Source: a virus
Taxonomy: Duplodnaviria; Heunggongvirae; Uroviricota; Caudoviricetes
Length of the DNA: 11,867 bases
IMG/VR virus record: IMGVR_UViG_2740892230_000035
Direction: 5' to 3' (one strand)
The notes beneath the pieces were generated by a model. It did no database searches and was not told the origin of the DNA. It saw nothing but the letters and a program-made list of their open reading frames with translations. Positions 7,281-11,867 of this stretch are shown piece after piece. The position numbers and the translations under genes are program-made. The first letter of the stretch is position 1, and each line of letters begins with the position of its first letter.

Positions 7281-8085
7281 GGTTGAAGTTATCACTCCTG
7301 ATAAACCTGAAATTTTTCAGATAGCAGAAATTCTGGGTATTGATCCAGATGCTGTTCTTGGAAAGCTGGTTCGTATATGGGCATGGGCTGACCAGCAAAC
7401 AATAGACGGTAACGCTGGCAGCGTTACAAAAGGAGTACTTGATAGACTCGCTTTTATTACAGGATTTGCTGACGCCCTCATTAGCGTCGGATGGCTTGCT
7501 TATCATGACGGCAAACTAATTCTTCCAAACTTTGAGCGACACAATGGAGAATCATCGAAAAAACGTGCACTTACGAATAGAAGAGTGGCAGAGCATCGAA
7601 AACGAGTAACGCAAAAAGTAACGCCAACAGCGTTACAAAAGGAGTTACCAGAGGAAGAGGAAGATATATATAAAACCCCACACATAGCACACGCGCGCGA
7701 GAGTGATCCGACCAGTGAAGCGAACGGTACGCCGTTGCAGGTGGCAGAACCTGCATTTCTGGATGGCCTGAGTGAACCTATTGGGAAATTTCCGATGACC
7801 GATGGCTGGCATCCATCGCCGGATTTTCGACGGCGTGCTGCGCTGTGGGGAACGGCCCTGCCGGAACCGGAATTTACACCTGCTGAACTTGCTGCATTCC
7901 GGGATTACTGGATGGCTGAGGGCAAAGTGTTCACGCAGGTTCAGTGGGAACAAAAATTCGCCAGGCACGTAAATCATATCAGGGGAAAATCAAAAAACGT
8001 CGGGAAAAGCGATGAGCTTGACTGGAATAACACTGACTGGATAGAAGGGGTGTGGGATGAAATCAACTCCAGAACTTCTCAATGA
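7261..8085 (+). CDS. Phage replication initiation protein / replisome organizer (O analogue), probably with a DnaT-like C-terminal domain
   Basis: ATG at 7261 with AGAGGGG RBS. Sits immediately upstream of, and overlapping, the P-like gene. Contains an internal iteron cluster and an acidic linker (EEEED). Family assignment is from recall. Confidence 0.75.
   Translation: MASSWIKVEVITPDKPEIFQIAEILGIDPDAVLGKLVRIWAWADQQTIDGNAGSVTKGVLDRLAFITGFADALISVGWLAYHDGKLILPNFERHNGESSKKRALTNRRVAEHRKRVTQKVTPTALQKELPEEEEDIYKTPHIAHARESDPTSEANGTPLQVAEPAFLDGLSEPIGKFPMTDGWHPSPDFRRRAALWGTALPEPEFTPAELAAFRDYWMAEGKVFTQVQWEQKFARHVNHIRGKSKNVGKSDELDWNNTDWIEGVWDEINSRTSQ
7406..7680. repeat. Candidate replication origin inside the organizer gene: iteron-like repeats plus an AT-rich tract
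   Basis: Perfect 19-bp palindrome GTAACGCTGGCAGCGTTAC (7409-7427). 18-bp direct repeat CAGCGTTACAAAAGGAGT at 7419-7436 and 7628-7645, in different reading frames. Further GTAACGC copies at 7606-7612 and 7618-7624 and GCGTTAC at 7630-7636. AT-rich GAAGATATATATAAAA at 7661-7676. Confidence 0.5.
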
Positions 8086-8833
8086 GTACGATCGCTTACG
8101 TGAGCATGGTGTTGCTGTGCATGAAGAGCGGCGTGACAGCAATGGCAAAAAGGAGCAGGTCGCTAGAATTTTCAATGAACTATTTGTCCAGTTACAGGCT
8201 GCATTTCCTGCAAGCGTTTCGACCATAAGGGAGCAGAACAAACTTAATGAATTCCGTAAGCAATGGATGCTTGCGTTTCTGGAGAATGGGATCACTACAA
8301 TGGAACAGGTTAACGCTGGTATGCGCCACGCCCGCGCCAGTGAATCTCCGTTCTGGCCGTCGCCTGGGCAATTTATCAAGTGGTGCAAAGACAGCAAGAT
8401 GGTTCTTGGTGTCACCATTGACGATGTGATGGCGGAGTTTCACCGGTACAGCAAGGAAAAAAGTTTATATCCTGGCGGTCCCGAAAGATTCCCGTGGCGG
8501 CATCCGGTTATGTACTGGGTTGTATGTGATACCCGCCGCGCAATGTATCAGCGCCAGCTTAGCGAGATTGAGGTTGAGAAACACGCGCGCAGGTTGCTCG
8601 ATGATTGGGCGAAAAAGGTGGCTTCCGGACAGCAGATACCCGATCCGGTGATCAGCATACAGGCAAAGCCAGAACCCATGAGTACACCTCCGGACACAGG
8701 GAGAGACGTTTACCATCCACCAGGGCGAAGTTTCGGGTGCATGCCTAACGCCGCCACCCTGGGGGGAATAACACCGGCGCAGTGGCTGATGGAGGAATAC
8801 AGGCGGGGAAAGGCGGCAGGATTTATCAAGTAA
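8057..8833 (+). CDS. P: Lambda P-like replication protein (helicase loader)
   Basis: Central region (AFPASVSTIREQNKLNEFRKQWMLAFLENGITTMEQVNAGMRHARASESPFWPSPGQFIKWC) closely parallels lambda P as I recall it. ATG at 8057 with GAAGGGG RBS; overlaps the upstream gene by 29 nt. Confidence 0.85.
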   Translation: MKSTPELLNEYDRLREHGVAVHEERRDSNGKKEQVARIFNELFVQLQAAFPASVSTIREQNKLNEFRKQWMLAFLENGITTMEQVNAGMRHARASESPFWPSPGQFIKWCKDSKMVLGVTIDDVMAEFHRYSKEKSLYPGGPERFPWRHPVMYWVVCDTRRAMYQRQLSEIEVEKHARRLLDDWAKKVASGQQIPDPVISIQAKPEPMSTPPDTGRDVYHPPGRSFGCMPNAATLGGITPAQWLMEEYRRGKAAGFIK

Positions 8834-8837
8834 TACC

Positions 8838-8858
8838 AGCGCGATAGCGCATTTTTTT
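8838..8858 (+). terminator. Possible weak intrinsic terminator after the P-like gene
   Basis: Short GC stem GCGC-GATA-GCGC followed by a run of seven T. The stem is only 4 bp. Confidence 0.35.
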
Positions 8859-8870
8859 ACGCCTATATAA

Positions 8871-8947
8871 TTACCTGATGGGTAACAAAATATTCTTATA
8901 TCTATTGATTTTGTGCCTTATGTGGTTTTTAATTACCTTAGAGGTAA
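8871..8947 (+). promoter_or_regulatory. Internal operator-flanked promoter upstream of the DUF1064-like gene
   Basis: TTACCTGATGGGTAA (8871-8885) and TTACCTTAGAGGTAA (8933-8947) bracket -35 TTGATT (8905-8910), a 17-bp spacer, and -10 TTTAAT (8928-8933). The second dyad overlaps the -10 and the RBS of the downstream gene. Confidence 0.55.
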
Positions 8948-8950
8948 ATC

Positions 8951-9295
8951 ATGAGAAAACAGATACAGGCTCTTGGTCGACTCAAAACAGGCCAGATGAA
9001 CAAAACAGAATCTGCGTATTGCCAGTACCTTGAGCAGCGTAAACGTGCAGGGGAAGTCGCCTGGTATCGGTTCGAGGGTATCAAGCTGCGGCTGGCTGAC
9101 AACACGTTCTATACGCCCGATTTTGCTGTGATGCTCGCCACCGGCGAGATGGAACTGCACGAAGTGAAAGGTTTCTGGACCGACGACGCCAGGGTGAAAA
9201 CCAAAGTCGCCGCAGATCAGTATCCGTTCCGAATCATCGGGGTAACGGTTAAGCCAAAGAAAGCAGGTGGTGGCTGGAACATCGAAGAGTTCTGA
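8951..9295 (+). CDS. Phage protein, DUF1064-like (assignment from recall)
   Basis: 114-aa ORF with GAGGT RBS 6 nt upstream. Contains ...YTPDFAVM...ELHEVKG..., a pattern I associate with DUF1064. Confidence 0.6.
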   Translation: MRKQIQALGRLKTGQMNKTESAYCQYLEQRKRAGEVAWYRFEGIKLRLADNTFYTPDFAVMLATGEMELHEVKGFWTDDARVKTKVAADQYPFRIIGVTVKPKKAGGGWNIEEF

Positions 9296-9335
9296 ATCGA
9301 CGATCTTTTTAGTTATCAATGTAATCAATAAGTTA

Positions 9336-9344
9336 TGTGGATAA
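9336..9344 (-). promoter_or_regulatory. Consensus DnaA box (TTATCCACA on the minus strand) just upstream of the Ea22-like gene
   Basis: Plus strand reads TGTGGATAA at 9336-9344. A degenerate TTATCAATG lies at 9313-9321. A single 9-mer could be chance. Confidence 0.3.
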
Positions 9345-9356
9345 GCGAGGGTAAAG

Positions 9357-9963
9357 ATGGACGGTAATATCAAAGGGTTAGTTTCCGCCGGGCATGAGAT
9401 GGCTTCGGAACTGAAAGCTGAATGTGGTGCCGTTGATATGCGCAGCGTGGCAAAGCTGATCAGCGATTTGGCAACGCAACTGGAAGTGCAACTGGCGCGT
9501 GCTAATGCGCTGGCCGAAGACCAGCAGAAAGCGATTGAGTCAATTAAGCAGGCTGATGCGGCTGTTAAGTTGGCACACGAGAAGTTTTCGGCTCTGGCGG
9601 CGGAGAATGCGGGGCTGAATAAATTTATCGCACAGAGTTGCTACGTGTTTGATGGCGAGCAGGATGAGCTATCTGATGCGTATATCTGCGCAACAGATGG
9701 AGGGATGCCGCAAATTCCAGCCACCGATGCTTTTCTGGCTGAAATTCGTGCGGAGGCTCGCAACGAGGGGATTAACTATACCGCAAGCCGTCTTGCTGCT
9801 GCTTNNNNNNNNNNCACCAGCCACCGATGCTTTCCTGGCTGAAGTCCGGGCGCAGGGTGTGGAGATGTTCTCAGAAAAATTCGGAGGTGGCACTCCGCTA
9901 TCCAATATGGTCAAAGAGGTTGCTGCTGATTTTGCGGCGAAGCTTCGCAAAGGAGGTGAGTAG
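9357..9963 (+). CDS. ead/Ea22-like family protein with coiled-coil N-terminus; interrupted by the N-run at 9805-9814 (apparent frame shift across the gap)
   Basis: Two ORF-track pieces (9357-9842 and 9649-9963) share the repeat PATDAFLAEIRAE / PATDAFLAEVRAQ on either side of the gap. Ends ...AAKLRKGGE. Confidence 0.65.
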
Positions 9964-10173
9964 TGCGTGTGGCATGTATCGGCTTGTTNNNNNNNNNNCC
10001 ACGGATTTATCAATAAGTCTTTACGTGAAGTTTTCGACGTTACGCGCATGATTCTGTCAGCAAAAGAAGAGTTAGCTAATGAATCGCATCCGATTGATGG
10101 CCTGTCCGGTGAATATGCAGAGAAATCCCTTGAAGAATGGGCGGAACGGCTTCGCAAAGGAGGCAACCAGTGA
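9963..10173 (+). CDS. Small Ea22-region ORF (about 68 aa) interrupted by the N-run at 9989-9998; start uncertain
   Basis: GTG at 9963 preceded by AGGAGG; ends ...WAERLRKGGNQ, echoing the upstream gene end. Frame across the gap cannot be verified. Confidence 0.35.
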
Positions 10174-10577
10174 GCAAGATTGACTATCAGGCACTGCGTG
10201 AAGCGGCAGAGAAAGCCGGTGAAGATAAGTGGCAGGCTAAAAAAATAAATGGTGATTTTTTCGTTATTCGTCACGGTAGTTATACAAGACAGCATGGCTA
10301 CACATCGTATCAACCCATTGCGGAGATTGATTGTAAGCCAGTCCGGGATTTTGTTGCCAAGGCTAATCCGGCTACCGTGCTGGAATTACTGGATGAACTG
10401 GAAGCAGCAAAAAAGCGCATTGCAGAACTGGAAGCGCGGGAAATACTGCTCCCGGAACGTAGCAGCATGCTTCATCGAACAGATTTTCACGATGATTACC
10501 AAACGGTAATGGCATACAAAGTTTCTGAAGTCATCGATGCAATCCGCGCTACTGGCATTCGCATCAAAGGAGAGTGA
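10170..10577 (+). CDS. ead/Ea22-like family protein
   Basis: GTG start at 10170 with AGGAGG 7 nt upstream. Product MSKIDYQALREAAEKAGEDKW...ANPATVLELLDELEAAKKRIAELEA matches the conserved Ea22-like pattern as I recall it. Confidence 0.65.
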   Translation: MSKIDYQALREAAEKAGEDKWQAKKINGDFFVIRHGSYTRQHGYTSYQPIAEIDCKPVRDFVAKANPATVLELLDELEAAKKRIAELEAREILLPERSSMLHRTDFHDDYQTVMAYKVSEVIDAIRATGIRIKGE

Positions 10578-10614
10578 GATGAACGNNNNNNNNNNAACGC
10601 AGGAGAACAAAACG

Positions 10615-10791
10615 ATGAAAAACCGTAAAGCAAAACGACTTTTTTTACAGCGACCTGTGCGTGTGGTGGAGCTGGTTATCAGCAACCATAAGATAGCGGT
10701 ACTCCATCCATTTGGTCAGGTGGCTTTTGCCGCAAAGCGTAAGCCTAGCGCGTCACAGAACAGGCGGAAGAAAGGGTACGCAGTAAGATGA
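10615..10791 (+). CDS. Small basic hypothetical protein (58 aa), paralog A
   Basis: ATG with AGGAG 9 nt upstream. Product MKNRKAKRLFLQRPVRVVELVISNHKIAVLHPFGQVAFAAKRKPSASQNRRKKGYAVR. Confidence 0.45.
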   Translation: MKNRKAKRLFLQRPVRVVELVISNHKIAVLHPFGQVAFAAKRKPSASQNRRKKGYAVR

Positions 10792-10979
10792 AAAACCGTA
10801 AAGCTAAGATGCTTATCTCCCGTGTATACAGACTTTGCTATCCCAGCCAGTGGTTGAGAGTTAGCAATCGCCGTGTGGTGTTGTTTTCATTTTCTGGAAT
10901 TGCCAGAGAGGGAATCAAAGATAAGCGCAGCGCGGCGCAAAACCGCTGGAAAAACCACTTGCGCACTAAAGGAGAGTGA
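10788..10979 (+). CDS. Small basic hypothetical protein (63 aa), paralog B
   Basis: ATG overlaps paralog A stop as ATGA. Product begins MKNRKAK, like paralog A. Overlaps an out-of-frame N-terminal extension of the next ORF, so one of the two readings is spurious. Confidence 0.4.
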   Translation: MKNRKAKMLISRVYRLCYPSQWLRVSNRRVVLFSFSGIAREGIKDKRSAAQNRWKNHLRTKGE

Positions 10980-10980
10980 T

Positions 10981-11496
10981 ATGGCGTTAACACACCGCGA
11001 ACTCTGTCAGATTGCGTATAAGTTCCTTAAGCGCAACGGGTTCAAGGTTTGTTTTCATGACCGCTTTATAGCTGTAACCAGTACCGGAGAACAGCCAGAT
11101 GCTATGGGATTCAGAAATTCAGCATCATGCCTGATAGAGGCGAAGTGTTCTCGTGCTGACTTGTTGGCAGATAGAAAAAAGCGTTTTCGTAAAAATCCAT
11201 CTCTTGGAATGGGCGACTGGCGATTCTTTATTAGTGAGCCGGGAATTATTTCAGTTGAGGATTTACCACCTGGCTGGGGATTACTTCACGTTGTTAACGG
11301 AAGAGTACGGAAAGTACATGGGTGGCCCAAGGGTAATTGCTGTTGGGGTAATCCTGACGATAAGCCATTTACTGGAAATAAGCAGGTTGAATGCGATTAC
11401 ATGTTATCTGCATTAAGGCGCATGGAGTTGAGAGGGCACCTTAATGAAATATATGACGGTGTAATTGTTAATAAGAAAGAAGGAAACGCGGCATGA
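10981..11496 (+). CDS. Hypothetical protein (172 aa), possible PD-(D/E)XK-type nuclease fold
   Basis: ATG at 10981 with AGGAG RBS. Segment EQPDAMGF...CLIEAKCSRAD fits a D...E-x-K motif. Fold assignment is tentative. Confidence 0.65.
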   Translation: MALTHRELCQIAYKFLKRNGFKVCFHDRFIAVTSTGEQPDAMGFRNSASCLIEAKCSRADLLADRKKRFRKNPSLGMGDWRFFISEPGIISVEDLPPGWGLLHVVNGRVRKVHGWPKGNCCWGNPDDKPFTGNKQVECDYMLSALRRMELRGHLNEIYDGVIVNKKEGNAA

Positions 11497-11867
11497 TCAC
11501 TATTACCAAAGAGCGACTGCTGACAATCAAGCAGTGGCGCGAAACATACGGACCGGGTAGCAACGTTGTACTGCCAGCAGAAGAAGCGGAAGAACTGGCA
11601 CGAATTGCTCTGGCATCGCTGGAAGCAGAGCCTGTAAACCAAACTTACAACTTACCAGAATTAATCGAAGGCATGGAAGTTTCCATTGATGTAAGCACTT
11701 GTGATGCTGATTTAGGTAATCGCTATTTCGGCACCGTCACCGAGGCGTTAGAACTTGATACGGCCAAGAATGGTTACATCCTCCTAGTTCAGGACGCAGA
11801 GCCAAACTTCGATGTAAATGGCAACTCTCCGGGAACTCCGGATAGTTGGATAAGCTGTAGTGAGCGA
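11493..11867 (+). CDS. Hypothetical phage protein, 5' partial (runs off the window end); possibly the N-terminal part of a DUF551-type protein
   Basis: ATG at 11493 overlaps the upstream stop as ATGA. Open frame of 125 codons to the window edge: MITITKERLLTIKQWRETYGPGSNVVLPAEEAEELARIALASLEAEPV... Not in the ORF track because it has no stop in the window. Confidence 0.6.
   Translation, partial: MITITKERLLTIKQWRETYGPGSNVVLPAEEAEELARIALASLEAEPVNQTYNLPELIEGMEVSIDVSTCDADLGNRYFGTVTEALELDTAKNGYILLVQDAEPNFDVNGNSPGTPDSWISCSER

Larger units (their letters stand above)
738..11867. mobile_element. Lambdoid prophage, left arm through the immunity/replication region into the nin-like region; right boundary lies beyond the window and the left att site was not identified
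   Basis: Contiguous phage module order: integrase, excisionase, RecE/RecT-like recombination genes, repressor, divergent Cro-like gene, replisome organizer, lambda P-like gene, Ea22-like genes. Confidence 0.85.

Noticed and set aside
7120-8443. Minus-strand ORFs (7120-7506, 7503-7977, 7990-8418, 8192-8443) across the replication genes
   Set aside because: Antisense to the O-like and P-like genes, which have strong homology or positional support; no RBS.
8933-10313. Minus-strand ORFs 8933-9373 and 9669-10313
   Set aside because: Antisense to the DUF1064-like and Ea22-like genes; the second spans N-runs, so its frame is not meaningful.
10496-10509. TTACCAAACGGTAA, a TTACC/GGTAA dyad with N4 spacing inside the Ea22-like coding sequence
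   Set aside because: Spacing is 4 rather than 5 and it lies within a gene; probably coincidental.
10873-10980. N-terminal extension of the 172-aa ORF in the track (start at 10873)
   Set aside because: The ATG at 10981 has a proper AGGAG RBS and the extension overlaps the small basic ORF at 10788-10979; the shorter gene is preferred.
1-11867. Searched for tRNA/tmRNA genes and CRISPR arrays
   Set aside because: No T-loop-like GGTTCGAATCC motif or cloverleaf candidate near the integrase, and no regularly spaced direct repeats of CRISPR type.

Overview
The window reads as the left half of a lambdoid prophage, read directly from sequence without database searches. Gene order is: P4-type tyrosine integrase (+), then a minus-strand early-left operon (small ORFs, RecE-like exonuclease, RecT/Bet-like annealing protein, AlpA-type excisionase, and a three-gene cassette around an MT-A70 DNA methyltransferase), a tandem-HTH repressor (-), a divergent Cro-like gene (+), and rightward replication genes (replisome organizer, lambda P-like helicase loader) followed by DUF1064-like and ead/Ea22-like genes, small basic ORFs and a PD-(D/E)XK-like protein. 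The most striking signal is a 15-bp dyad, TTACC-N5-GGTAA, found nine times and only in intergenic control regions (upstream of int, left operator, tripartite right operator, after the cro terminator, and at an internal promoter after the P-like gene). Other points of interest are an iteron-plus-AT-rich origin candidate inside the replisome-organizer gene, a repressor with no visible autocleavage domain, an orphan methyltransferase cassette between int and xis, and several small uncharacterised ORFs. No tRNA or CRISPR array was found. Four 10-nt N-runs interrupt the sequence. I see no clear-cut known defence system; novelty candidates are flagged as hypotheses.
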